Source of the DNA: Candidatus Dormiibacterota bacterium
Lineage (GTDB): Bacteria > Chloroflexota > Dormibacteria > Aeolococcales > Aeolococcaceae
DNA length: 64,000 bases
Reading direction: 5' to 3'
Assembly: GCA_963718525.1 (NCBI GenBank)
Contig: OY970355.1
Location: 544,001-608,000, forward strand
The position numbers and the translations under genes are program-made. The notes under the pieces were generated by a model. The model was given only the letters and a program-made list of their open reading frames with translations, was not told the DNA's origin and did not search any database. Shown one piece after another: positions 1 to 9,765 of this stretch; position 1 is the stretch's first letter, and every line of letters starts with the position of its first letter.

Positions 1-3000
1 GGCGCCGTCAACGGCGCCTGCCTGACGGCGGGGCCGGTCTCCGCAACCACCTCGATCCCCAACTGCGCCGCGCCGCCTGACACCTCTGGCAGCGGGGCGC
101 TTCGCCTGACCACCAACGCCGGCAGCCAGGTCGGCGCTGTGTTCTATCAGGCAAGCCTGCCGACCACCGAAGGCCTGGACGTCACCCTCGACACCTATCA
201 GTTCAACGGCACCGGAGCCGACGGCATCGTGTTCGCGCTCGCGGCGGCCGATCCTTCGAATCCCACGCCTCCGACCAGTACCGGACCCCTCGGTGGCGAC
301 CTCGGGTACGCGGCGAACACCCAGGGGTCGCCGGGCACCGCGGGGATGCCGTACGGGTATCTCGGCATCGGCCTCGACGTCTACGGCAACTACGAGAACA
401 CGCCCCTCGCCGGTGGGACCGACTGCACCAATCCGTCCCCACTCGTCAACGGTACGGCATACCCCGAGGCGGTGACGGCACGCGGACCGGGCAACGGCAC
501 GCTTGGCTACTGCATCCTCGGGACGACCGCGACGATCTACAACAAGTCAAGCGGCGGCGGCAGTGGCGGCGGGACCATCAGCAACGTAGGCGCGGGCAAC
601 ACGCTCGACAAGCAGACCGCAACGTCGCGTGCAGGGGCCATGGTCCCGGTCGAGATGGCGATCAACCCGGCCGCTGCCGCGACCACGACCGGGAGCGGGC
701 TCACGGTCCCCGCAAGCTCATGGCTGATCGCATACACACCGATCGGGAGCGCGACCCAGCAGACGCTGATCGGAGCGCTGCCCACGACGAGCAACAACGC
801 CGACCTCGCAACCTTTCCTGCGGCGTGGATCAACCCCGTGACAAAGATCCCGTATCAGCTCACCTTTGGGTGGACGGCGTCGACCGGTGGCTCCAACGAG
901 TACCACGAGATCAACCAGTTGGTGGCGTCGACACTGAACGGCGCGGTGCCGGATCTGTCCCTGACCAAGTCCGACAACGAGAGCGGACAGATGATCGCGG
1001 GCAACCAGGCCGACTTCATCCTCGCGCCTGGGACGACCGCGGCCGGAGGAACCGAGGCGAACCCGCTGACCGTCACCGACACGCTTCCGGCGGGGATGAC
1101 CCCGGGCACCGCCACGAGCCCGTCCGACTGGGCGTGCACGACCACCGGCCAGGTGGTGACGTGCACGTACACGCCGCTGGTCGCGATTGCGGCCGGGACG
1201 ACGTTGCCGGACATCACAATCCCGGTCACGCTGTCGTCGTCCTTGAGCGGTACGGTCACCAATACCGCACGCATCTCGTCCATCGACGGATTGCCGGCGG
1301 TCAGCAACGACGCGGTGCAGGTCAGCACCTTCGCGGCGACGGCGCTGCCGTCGCCGCAGGCGTACCTGCAGCCGGTGACCTACACGGCTGCGCTCCCGAC
1401 GAGTGCCACGGGGACAGTGACCTTCCGCATCGGCGCCACCGTTCTGTGCACCACCACGCTGCCGGCGTTGAGCTGCACCGCGAGCAACGCTCCGGTCGGT
1501 GCCGACACGGTGACCGCCAGCTACTCAGGTGACTCAAACTTTGCTCCGCAGACAACCACGACCACGGTGACGATCACCAAGGCAACGCCGACCTTCACCG
1601 AGGCGGCGGCTCCCGCATCGATTCCATATGGCGCGCAGGACACGCTCTCCGTCGCCGGTCTGCCGGGCGGCGCAACCGGAACCGTCACATTCACCTCGGG
1701 TGGCTCCCCGCTTTGCACCACAACGCTGCCGACCCTGAGCTGCCAGACGACGGCCACCCTCGCGCCGGGCGTGTATCCGGTCACCGCAACCTACTCCGGT
1801 GACGGCAACTACAGCACCGCGACCGCGCTCGGCGCGAGCTTCACGGTGACTCAGCTGACAACGTCGATGAACGAATCGGCAGCGCCCGCGAGCGTCCCGT
1901 ACGGCACCGCCGACACGCTGTCGGTTGCCGGTTTGCCTGGTGGTGCAACGGGAACCGTGACGTTCACGTCGGGCGCATCGACACTGTGCGCCGTCACGTT
2001 GCCGACGCTGAGCTGCGCCACAGTGACGACGTTGACGCCGGGCACCTACCCGGTCACCGCGACCTACTCAGGTGACGTCTACTACCTCGCGACGACAGCG
2101 AACGGCGCCGGCTTCACCGTCACCAGAGCGACCCCGACACTCACTGAGGCGGCTGCTCCGGCGAGCGTGCCGTACGGCACCAGCGACACGCTCTCCGTGT
2201 CGGGATTGGCGGCGGGCGCCACGGGCACCGTCACCTTCACGTCCGGGGGATCGACGCTCTGCGTCGCAACGCTCCCCTCGACGAGCTGTCCAACGTCGAC
2301 GAGCCTCACTCCTGCAACGTACCCGGTCACCGCGACGTACTCCGGTGACAACCTCTATGGTGGCGCAACCGCGAGTGGGTCCAGCTTCGTCGTGACCAGG
2401 GCGACGACATCAATGACCGAAACGGCATCGCCCGCATCGATCGGATATGGGTCTCAGGACACGCTCTCTGAGGTGGGACTGCCTGCCGGCGCGACCGGAA
2501 CCGTGACCTTCACATCGGGCGGTTCCACCCTGTGCACCGCGCTCCTGGCGGCGACCAGCTGCCAGACGTCCGCCACGCTCGGGGCTGGGACATACCCGGT
2601 GACCGCAACCTACTCAGGTGACGTCAACTACAAGGGGACCATCGCCACGGGCGCCAGCTTCATGGTCACCAGGACGGACCCGGTGTTCACCGAGTCGGCA
2701 GCGCCCGCGAGCATTCCGTACGGCACGGCCGATACGCTGTCCACAACCGGCCTGCCTGCCGATGCCACCGGAACGGTGACCTTCACCTCCGGCGGATCGA
2801 CCCTCTGCATCGCGGCGCTGCCGGCGACGAGCTGTGACACATCAACGTCGCTGGCCCCTGGGCCCTACCCGGTAACCGCGATATATTCTGGTGACACCAA
2901 CTACAACGGCGCAACCGTTACTGGCGCCAGCTTCGTCGTCACCAAGGCTGACACCGCGATGGTCGAGTCGGCGGCGCCCGCATCCATCGCGTACGGATCC

Positions 3001-4455
3001 CAGGACACGCTGTCCGTGGCCGGCCTTCCCGGCGATGCGACAGGGACCGTGACCTTCACCTCGGGTGGATCGACGCTGTGCGTCGCCCCCTTGCCGGCCA
3101 TCAGCTGCCAGACCGCGACGACGCTGGTTCCGGGCACCTACCCGGTGACGGCCGTCTACTCAGGTGATGCCAATTACAACGGCACGACCGCAACGGGCGC
3201 CAGCTTCGTGGTCACCAAAGCCGACCCCTCGTTCATCGAGTCGGCAGCACCGTTGAGCATCTCCTACGGGACGGCCGACACACTGTCCACCGCCGGTCTC
3301 CCCGGCGATGCGACCGGCGTCGTGACGTTCACGTCCGGCGGGGCAACGCTCTGCATCGCCGCGCTGCCGGCGCTCAGCTGCCAGACATCGGCCACGCTGG
3401 CCCCTGGCACGTACCCAGTGACGGCGACCTACTCCGGCGATAGCAACTTCGGCGGCGGCATCGCAACGGGCGCCAGCTTCGTGGTGACGCGTGCCGGCAC
3501 GTCGATGACCGAATCCGCAGCGCCTGCAACGATTTCCTATGGGATGCAGGACACCCTGTCGGTCTCCGGACTGCCTGGAGACGCGACTGGAACCGTCATC
3601 TTCACCTCGGGCGGGTCGACGCTCTGCACGGCCTTGCTGCCGGCGATCAGCTGCCAGACCGCGACCACGCTGGTCCCGGGCATCTACCCGGTGACGGCGA
3701 CATACTCCGGCGACGGCAACTACAGCGGGACGACCGCAACGGGCGCGAGCTTCACCGTCACGAAGGCCGCCACCCCGCTGGCGGAGTCAGCCTCCCCAGC
3801 GGTGATCGTGTACGGCAGCACCGATACCGTCTCGGCTTCCGGGCTTCCGGCCGGGGCCACGGGGACCGTCACCTTCACCTCGGGAACGACGACGTTGTGC
3901 ACGACCACTCTCCCGGCGACGAGCTGCCACACCGCCGCGACGCTGATGCCGGCCGTATATCCGGTCACGGCCACGTACTCGGGTGACAGCAACAACAGTC
4001 CCGCCACAGCGACCGGCGCGCTGTTCACCGTCATCAAAGCGGATACGACCATGACGGTGCACGTCTCTCCGACGGAGACGGTGCGCGGCGCGCCTGTCAC
4101 GCTGTGGGTCACCGGTCTGCCACCCGGTGCCACAGGCACGGTGACCTTCACCTCGGGCAACGTCGTGCTCTGCACCGTGACGCTTCCGGCAACCAGCTGC
4201 ACGCCCACGATCAATCTCCCACCCGGATCGTATCCGGTCACCGCGACGTACTCGGGCAATAGCAACTACAACGGCTCGAACGCGGTCAACAGCGGCGTGC
4301 TCGGCGTCCTCGCGGCGGGTGCAGATCCGTCGGTTCCCGCAACCGGTGGCGTCCCGGACGGGCGCCGGACCTTCCTCGGTGCGCTGCTGGTCATGGCGGG
4401 TGGAGCATCGCTGGTGATCTCGCGGCGCTGGTGGAGCAACCACAGGACCGTCTGA
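1..4455 (+). CDS. Giant cell-surface protein: L-type (legume-like) lectin domain, DUF11-like domain, 11 Ig-like (Big_3) repeats, C-terminal VPATG-TM-basic sorting signal; 5' end lies outside the window
   Basis: Frame is open from base 1 (GAVNGACLTAG...GALRLTTNAGSQVGAVFYQ), upstream of the ORF call at 139. Lectin-like motifs GADGIVF, YLGIGLDVYGN, FGWTASTGGSNEYHEI; DLSLTKS...TVTDTLPAG (DUF11-like); 11 repeats of about 91 aa (TGTVTF...LC...SC...YPVTATYSGD); C-terminal PSVPATGG, hydrophobic helix, RRWW. Confidence 0.9.
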   Translation, partial: GAVNGACLTAGPVSATTSIPNCAAPPDTSGSGALRLTTNAGSQVGAVFYQASLPTTEGLDVTLDTYQFNGTGADGIVFALAAADPSNPTPPTSTGPLGGDLGYAANTQGSPGTAGMPYGYLGIGLDVYGNYENTPLAGGTDCTNPSPLVNGTAYPEAVTARGPGNGTLGYCILGTTATIYNKSSGGGSGGGTISNVGAGNTLDKQTATSRAGAMVPVEMAINPAAAATTTGSGLTVPASSWLIAYTPIGSATQQTLIGALPTTSNNADLATFPAAWINPVTKIPYQLTFGWTASTGGSNEYHEINQLVASTLNGAVPDLSLTKSDNESGQMIAGNQADFILAPGTTAAGGTEANPLTVTDTLPAGMTPGTATSPSDWACTTTGQVVTCTYTPLVAIAAGTTLPDITIPVTLSSSLSGTVTNTARISSIDGLPAVSNDAVQVSTFAATALPSPQAYLQPVTYTAALPTSATGTVTFRIGATVLCTTTLPALSCTASNAPVGADTVTASYSGDSNFAPQTTTTTVTITKATPTFTEAAAPASIPYGAQDTLSVAGLPGGATGTVTFTSGGSPLCTTTLPTLSCQTTATLAPGVYPVTATYSGDGNYSTATALGASFTVTQLTTSMNESAAPASVPYGTADTLSVAGLPGGATGTVTFTSGASTLCAVTLPTLSCATVTTLTPGTYPVTATYSGDVYYLATTANGAGFTVTRATPTLTEAAAPASVPYGTSDTLSVSGLAAGATGTVTFTSGGSTLCVATLPSTSCPTSTSLTPATYPVTATYSGDNLYGGATASGSSFVVTRATTSMTETASPASIGYGSQDTLSEVGLPAGATGTVTFTSGGSTLCTALLAATSCQTSATLGAGTYPVTATYSGDVNYKGTIATGASFMVTRTDPVFTESAAPASIPYGTADTLSTTGLPADATGTVTFTSGGSTLCIAALPATSCDTSTSLAPGPYPVTAIYSGDTNYNGATVTGASFVVTKADTAMVESAAPASIAYGSQDTLSVAGLPGDATGTVTFTSGGSTLCVAPLPAISCQTATTLVPGTYPVTAVYSGDANYNGTTATGASFVVTKADPSFIESAAPLSISYGTADTLSTAGLPGDATGVVTFTSGGATLCIAALPALSCQTSATLAPGTYPVTATYSGDSNFGGGIATGASFVVTRAGTSMTESAAPATISYGMQDTLSVSGLPGDATGTVIFTSGGSTLCTALLPAISCQTATTLVPGIYPVTATYSGDGNYSGTTATGASFTVTKAATPLAESASPAVIVYGSTDTVSASGLPAGATGTVTFTSGTTTLCTTTLPATSCHTAATLMPAVYPVTATYSGDSNNSPATATGALFTVIKADTTMTVHVSPTETVRGAPVTLWVTGLPPGATGTVTFTSGNVVLCTVTLPATSCTPTINLPPGSYPVTATYSGNSNYNGSNAVNSGVLGVLAAGADPSVPATGGVPDGRRTFLGALLVMAGGASLVISRRWWSNHRTV

Positions 4456-4564
4456 CCAGCCGCGGAGCCACGCTCGGCAGCCCGCGTCGGGACCCGGCAT
4501 GCCGCGGCTCGTCCGCCGTACCCTAGCTCGCAGACTGCGGATCGTTCGTGGACGGAGAGTTTCG

Positions 4565-5675
4565 ATGATCAGAGCCGGCGCGCGGGTCACGTACAAGAGC
4601 CCGCTCCACCAGATGACCCAGACGACGCCGACCGTGCTCTGGAACGACTCCGCGGCGATTGACGAGCTCACATACGCCATGGAGCACGGGGCTGTCGGGG
4701 CGACCTGCAACCCGGTGATCGCCGCCACGATCCTCGCGGATGATGCGGCCACGTGGCGGCCGCGCACCGAAATGTTGCTGCGCGAGCTGCCGGCGGCAAC
4801 CGAGGACACCATCGCATGGAGGCTCGTCGAGGAACTGTCGATACGAGCCGCCCGGCTCCTCGAGCCGATCTTCGAGGCACAGCACGGCCGCAACGGGCGC
4901 CTCTCCATACAGACCGATCCGCGCCTCTTCCGCAACAGCGACGCAATCGTCGAGCAGGCACTCGTGTTCAACGCGCTCGCTCCCAACATGATCGTGAAGA
5001 TCCCGGCGACGCGTGCCGGAATCACAGCGATCGAGGCGGCGACCCATCATGGAATCAGCATCAATGCGACTGTCTGCTTCACCTTGCCCCAGTGCATCGC
5101 CGTGGCCGAAGCGGTGGAGCGCGGGCTCCGGCGCCGCGAGGACGAGGGCAAGGACATCGCATCGATGGGACCCGTCTGCACGATCATGGTTGGCCGGCTC
5201 GATGACTGGCTCAAGATGGTGATGGAACGCGCCGCGATCACCGTTGATCCCGGATATCTCGAGTGGGCCGGCGTCGCCGTGTTCAAGAAGGCCTACAGGA
5301 TCTTCATCGAGCGTGGCTACAGGATCCGGTTGCTCTCCGCGGCGTTCCGCAACCACATGCACTGGAGTGAGTTCATCGGCGCTGACGCCGTGGTGTCTCC
5401 GACTCACGCATGGCAGCGGCGGATCAACGGGAGTGATATCGAGGTGATCCCACGCATCGAGATCCCCGTGCATCCAAGGGTCATCGAGGAGCTGAACTCG
5501 ACACTTCGACGACTTCCGCCGCGCGTACTCCGAGGACGGCATCAGCGTCGACGAGTTCGATGCCTTCGGCGCGACGCGACGCACTCTGCGCCAGTTCTGC
5601 GCAGCCTGCGGTGACCTGAACGCCTTCGTGCGCGATGCGATGATCCCCGACCCGGACCGGCGACCGACGGCATGA
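4565..5675 (+). CDS. Transaldolase family protein, interrupted by a +1 frameshift near 5495 (pseudogene or sequencing error)
   Basis: Motifs LWNDS, GATCNP, VKIPAT, INATVCF, GRLDD. After ...VIEEL the sequence continues in another frame as HFDDFRRAYSEDGISVDEFDAFGATRRTLRQF...PDPDRRPTA*, whose TGA (5673-5675) overlaps the iolB ATG. ATG 4565 follows GGAG. Confidence 0.85.
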
Positions 5676-6451
5676 CGTCGACATCATTGATTCGCGTCGG
5701 TGAGCAGACCAGGCACATCTCGCTCGATGTGATTGCGGCGGAGCGTGGCGAGGCGGTCGAGATCGCACCGGGAAATGAACAGCTGGTGGTGATCCTGTCC
5801 GGGCGCGCTCAGGTCAGCATCGACGGTCAGGACTTCGGCGTCGTTGGCCGCCGAGCTGACGTGTTCGAGGGTGGCGGTGACGCGGTGTATGTGCCTCCTG
5901 CTGCATCGGCGGTGCTCGTGGGGCCCGCCGACGGCGGCGACGGTGTGTTGACTCTCGCCATTGCCGCTGCGCCGGCGGGCGCCCAACCGGCGGGCGTGGC
6001 GCGCATCATTCCAGCCGCAACGCAGCGAGAAGTCGTCGTTGGACGCGACAGCTGGGGACGGACCGTTCGTACGATCCTCGGGCCCGCGGATGATGCGTCG
6101 CGGTTGATCGTCGGTGAGACGGTGCACAACGGCACGGGCACCTGGTCGTCGTTTCCACCCCATCGCCACGATCGAGTCGCCGCGGATGAGGCACAGCTCG
6201 AGGAGGTCTACTACTACCGCATCCGCCCTGCCAACGGCTTCGCCGTGCAGGTGCGGTATGACCTCGACACCGGGGACGAGGATCTCCGCATCGCCCGCGA
6301 CGGCGACGCTGCGGCGATCACGTCTGGCTTCCATCCCGTCGTGGCTGCGCCCGGCCATGACCTGTACTACCTGTGGATCCTGGCCGGGGAGCAGCGTGCC
6401 ATGCGTGTGTTCATCGATCCCCGCTACCGCTGGTTGAACGAGCAGCAGTAG
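5672..6451 (+). CDS. iolB: 5-deoxy-glucuronate isomerase (IolB/KduI family)
   Basis: LIVGET, WSSFPPHRHD, LEEVYYY, GFHPVVAAPGHDLYYLW are characteristic IolB motifs. Confidence 0.88.
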   Translation: MTSTSLIRVGEQTRHISLDVIAAERGEAVEIAPGNEQLVVILSGRAQVSIDGQDFGVVGRRADVFEGGGDAVYVPPAASAVLVGPADGGDGVLTLAIAAAPAGAQPAGVARIIPAATQREVVVGRDSWGRTVRTILGPADDASRLIVGETVHNGTGTWSSFPPHRHDRVAADEAQLEEVYYYRIRPANGFAVQVRYDLDTGDEDLRIARDGDAAAITSGFHPVVAAPGHDLYYLWILAGEQRAMRVFIDPRYRWLNEQQ

Positions 6452-7169
6452 CGGGGGTCCGCCGGTGGTCGGCCTCGAACACGGGCTTCGAAAGCCGTCC
6501 GAGCGAGAGGCTCAGGCATGTCCACGCAACGCCAACGAGAAAGCCACCGATGACGTCGCTTGGCCAGTGGGCGCCGACGTAGATGCGGCTGAGCCCTGCG
6601 GCGGCCACGAGCATCGCGGCGAGAAACCAGGACGCGACGTAGAGAGGACGCGGAAGCCTGCGGGCCAAAAGCACCATCGCCAGCACGCTCAGCCAGACGA
6701 AGAACCCCACGTGCCCGCTCGGATAGCTGTATCCGAGCAGCTTGGACGTCGTGTGCGCGACACCCGTGGGCCGCGGCCGGCGAATCATGATGTTCACGAC
6801 GTTGTAGACAACGGAGTAGATGGCGGAGAAGGCCACCAGTGGCGTGGCGGGCCGGAAGAGCAGGAAGGTGATCACGATCACCGCAGCGCCAACCCCGAGG
6901 CCGACGAACCCCGAGAAGGCGGACACGAATGAGTTGAACCACGCAAAGGCCTGGCCGTTGACCGACTGGACGGCCACTTCGATCGGGTGGTCGAAGAAGA
7001 ACGGCGCAGGGTGAAGCGCCACACCCACAGAGAGGGCGACAAACAGGAGTCCAGCCACTATTGCGACCGACATCAGGGTCCGGTTGACGTCACCGGTGAG
7101 CCGGTGCAGCCAGGACCACGTGCTGGTTCGGCGTGCGGCCGCAGGAAATGTCGCGTCACGGGCCATCAT
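6411..7169 (-). CDS. PAP2-family membrane phosphatase
   Basis: RRPRP, YSYPSGH, SRIYVGAHWPSDV; several TM helices. Confidence 0.9.
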   Translation of the reverse strand: MMARDATFPAAARRTSTWSWLHRLTGDVNRTLMSVAIVAGLLFVALSVGVALHPAPFFFDHPIEVAVQSVNGQAFAWFNSFVSAFSGFVGLGVGAAVIVITFLLFRPATPLVAFSAIYSVVYNVVNIMIRRPRPTGVAHTTSKLLGYSYPSGHVGFFVWLSVLAMVLLARRLPRPLYVASWFLAAMLVAAAGLSRIYVGAHWPSDVIGGFLVGVAWTCLSLSLGRLSKPVFEADHRRTPATAARSTSGSGDR

Positions 7170-7174
7170 CCAAT

Positions 7175-7180
7175 ATTATA
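7175..7180 (-). promoter_or_regulatory. -10 box (TATAAT) 5 nt upstream of the PAP2 ATG; probable leaderless transcript
   Basis: Minus strand reads TATAAT-ATTGG-ATG in a 45-bp AT-rich divergent spacer; no RBS. Confidence 0.55.
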
Positions 7181-7214
7181 CCGTTAGTATCATGTTGAGC
7201 CCTAAGCGCCGCCT

Positions 7215-7967
7215 GTGAGTACGGGCGCCGTCGAATCGACGCTCGCGGATGGAGGTCAGGCAGCAAGCGAGATCCTGGCCGGCGAGCCCGGGCCGTCAGC
7301 CCGGCGATGGCTAGGCCCGCTGGCGCTGCTCTCGCTGCTGCTGTTCGCGGTCGTCACGATCCTGGTCGTCAGTGGCGTAACCCGGACCGGGTTCGATCTT
7401 CCGGTCGAGCACGCGATCCAGCACATCCCCTGGGGGCCGCTGACGTACTGGATGACTCTGACCAATGTCACCGGCGGCCTGATCCAGGACCTGTTGGGCA
7501 TCGCCGTGGTCCTGGCGCTCTTTCTCTGGGACCGAAGAGCGGGCTGGTTGATGGCGCTCGGTGCCCTCGGCAGCCTGATCGCACAGATCGTCAAGGTCTC
7601 GGTGGCGCGGCAGCGACCCACCGCCGACGTGGTCACCATCCTCAACCCGTCGAGTGGGTACAGCTACCCGAGCGGACACGCGATCTTCTTCACCTGGCTG
7701 GCGTTCATGCTCGCCATTGCCATATCGCCGCACGTCGGCCCACGCTGGCGGGTCGTTGTATGGATCGTCGCGGGTCTCGTGGTCGTCTTCGCGTGCATCG
7801 GTCGGATCTGGGCCGGAGCGCACTGGCCGACCGATGTCATCGGTGGATTCCTGCTGGGCGTCGCGTGGTCCGCATTCATTCTGTGGCTGCCGGAACGCTG
7901 GTTGCCGACTCCGAGCTCACGCTGGATTCCCAGGCGATGGAACGCATCGCGGCGGTCTCACGCATGA
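7215..7967 (+). CDS. PAP2-family membrane phosphatase (second, divergent copy)
   Basis: KVSVARQRP, YSYPSGH, GRIWAGAHWPTDV. Confidence 0.9.
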   Translation: MSTGAVESTLADGGQAASEILAGEPGPSARRWLGPLALLSLLLFAVVTILVVSGVTRTGFDLPVEHAIQHIPWGPLTYWMTLTNVTGGLIQDLLGIAVVLALFLWDRRAGWLMALGALGSLIAQIVKVSVARQRPTADVVTILNPSSGYSYPSGHAIFFTWLAFMLAIAISPHVGPRWRVVVWIVAGLVVVFACIGRIWAGAHWPTDVIGGFLLGVAWSAFILWLPERWLPTPSSRWIPRRWNASRRSHA

Positions 7968-8812
7968 GTCGCGGCCACGGTCCAATGACGCGGGTGCTCA
8001 TCGTCAGCCGCGGCGCGAAGCAGGTGACAGCGGCCGTGCAGCGCAAGCTGGATGCTGGTTTCCCCGGGTACGAGCAGATGGAGTTCGATCCGCGATCGGA
8101 TGTCTGGCGAAGGCTGAGCAGCCGCGCGACCGTAGTGGCTGCAGGCGGCGATGGCACCGTCGGGTTTGTGGCGAGGGCACTGGCGGGAAGCCGGCGCCGG
8201 CTCGGCATCCTGCCGCTGGGCACGTTCAACAACTTTGCGCACGGCCTTCGAATTCCAGCCAACCTCGATCGGGCGATTGCCGTTGTGCGAAAGGGCGCAA
8301 CCCGCCCCGTGACTCTCGGGAAAATCAACGGCCGGTACTTCCTGGAGGCGGCTGCGATCGGGGTCTTCGGAGAGGCGATCGTGCTGGGGGAAAAAGCCAA
8401 GGACCGTGCCTTCGGTGAACTCGCGCATGAACTCGGTGCCGTGGTCAGGGCGGAACCGTTTGCGTTCGCGACGAGCGGCGCGTTCGTCGCGCGCGGGCAC
8501 AGCCGCTCGCTCGTGTTCACGAACTCGCCGACGACCGGCTCACGCATCACGATAGGCGGGAACACCCCAACCGATCCATTCCTCGAACTGAACATCGAGG
8601 TCGGCGCGTCGCGCACCGACATCGTCACCCGCGTCGTTGCGTCGGCCGTCGGTGAGCATTCGAACGACGAAGGCATACGCTTCCAGTTCCGTTCCTTGAC
8701 GATCAGCACCAAGCCGCCCATCACGGTGGTGGCTGACAACGAGCACATCGGCAGAACGCCCGTCACCATCGAGGCGATTCCCAATGCGCTGCGCGTGATC
8801 GTGCCCGCATGA
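7964..8812 (+). CDS. Diacylglycerol/lipid kinase family protein (YegS/BmrU/DAGK-like)
   Basis: AAGGDGT, ILPLGTFNNFA, ADNE; ATGA overlap with the PAP2 stop sets the start at 7964. Confidence 0.88.
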   Translation: MSRGHGPMTRVLIVSRGAKQVTAAVQRKLDAGFPGYEQMEFDPRSDVWRRLSSRATVVAAGGDGTVGFVARALAGSRRRLGILPLGTFNNFAHGLRIPANLDRAIAVVRKGATRPVTLGKINGRYFLEAAAIGVFGEAIVLGEKAKDRAFGELAHELGAVVRAEPFAFATSGAFVARGHSRSLVFTNSPTTGSRITIGGNTPTDPFLELNIEVGASRTDIVTRVVASAVGEHSNDEGIRFQFRSLTISTKPPITVVADNEHIGRTPVTIEAIPNALRVIVPA

Positions 8813-9702
8813 CCGGCAGGGCCACGACGCCGGCACGTCGCGCACGTCGCCGGCGCACGACCACGAAACCCAGCGCACGTTCGGTGCAACGTCAAGCGAA
8901 GAAGGTCGTCACCAATCCCTGGGTTGAGCGCTCCGCACGCGCCGGCTACATCGTCCGCGGCCTCCTCTACGGCACCATGGGCGTGCTCGCTCTCGGATTG
9001 GCGGTCGGTCTCGACGCGGGCACCACCGATCAGCGCGGCGCGCTCGAGCTCCTCGGCGGGAGCGCGGTTGGACGGCTGTTCATGCTCGTGGTGGTGATCG
9101 CGCTCCTGGCGTACTCCGGATGGGGAGTCATCCGCGCCGTCTACGATCCGCTCCATCGCGGGGACGATCCACCCGGTATCGCCTCGCGTATTGGCTTTGC
9201 ATGGAGTGCACTCAACTACGCGGTGCTCGCGGTGTTTGCCGCGGGACTCCTGCTCGGTGCATCCAGTAGCAACGGCGGCGACGCCGTCCAGAGGATCGTC
9301 GCGTGGGCGTTGCGGTTGCCTGCGGGAGGAGCCATCGTCATCGTGGCGGGGGCCATCGGCATTTTCGGGGGCCTCAACCAGTTCGTGGATGCCTACAAAG
9401 CTGGATTTCGCAAGGATATGAAACGCAACCAGATGACTCCGGCGGCGCGGGCCACGGTCGATGGGCTCGGACGTTTCGGCATGGTCGCGCGCGGCGTGAT
9501 CTTCGGCGTGGTCGGGATCTTCGTCCTGGTTGCAGGACTACATCACGACGCGTCCGATGCGCACAGCTTCGGACCGGCGTTCGCCGCGGTGGCTCGCGAA
9601 CCGCTGGGGCACGTCCTGCTCGCGCTCGTAGCCCTGGGCTTCATCGCGCTCGGGCTCCACTCATGGGCCAACGCCCGCTGGGTGCGGATGCCACGCGGGT
9701 AG
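8809..9702 (+). CDS. DUF1206-domain membrane protein
   Basis: Repeated (A/G)R(A/F)G.(V)(A/R)RG..(Y/F) motifs, DQRGAL, about 6 TM helices; ATGA overlap with the upstream gene. Confidence 0.75.
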   Translation: MTGRATTPARRARRRRTTTKPSARSVQRQAKKVVTNPWVERSARAGYIVRGLLYGTMGVLALGLAVGLDAGTTDQRGALELLGGSAVGRLFMLVVVIALLAYSGWGVIRAVYDPLHRGDDPPGIASRIGFAWSALNYAVLAVFAAGLLLGASSSNGGDAVQRIVAWALRLPAGGAIVIVAGAIGIFGGLNQFVDAYKAGFRKDMKRNQMTPAARATVDGLGRFGMVARGVIFGVVGIFVLVAGLHHDASDAHSFGPAFAAVAREPLGHVLLALVALGFIALGLHSWANARWVRMPRG

Positions 9703-9765
9703 GGCGCTCGCCCATGACAACTGACATCGGAACTTGCCGTCTGCAACTCGCTCAGCGGCGCCGTA

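Noticed and set aside
7307-7963. N-terminal 219 aa of the 501-aa ORF as part of the lipid kinase
   Set aside because: It overlaps the PAP2 gene out of frame; the ATGA overlap at 7964 gives the plausible start.
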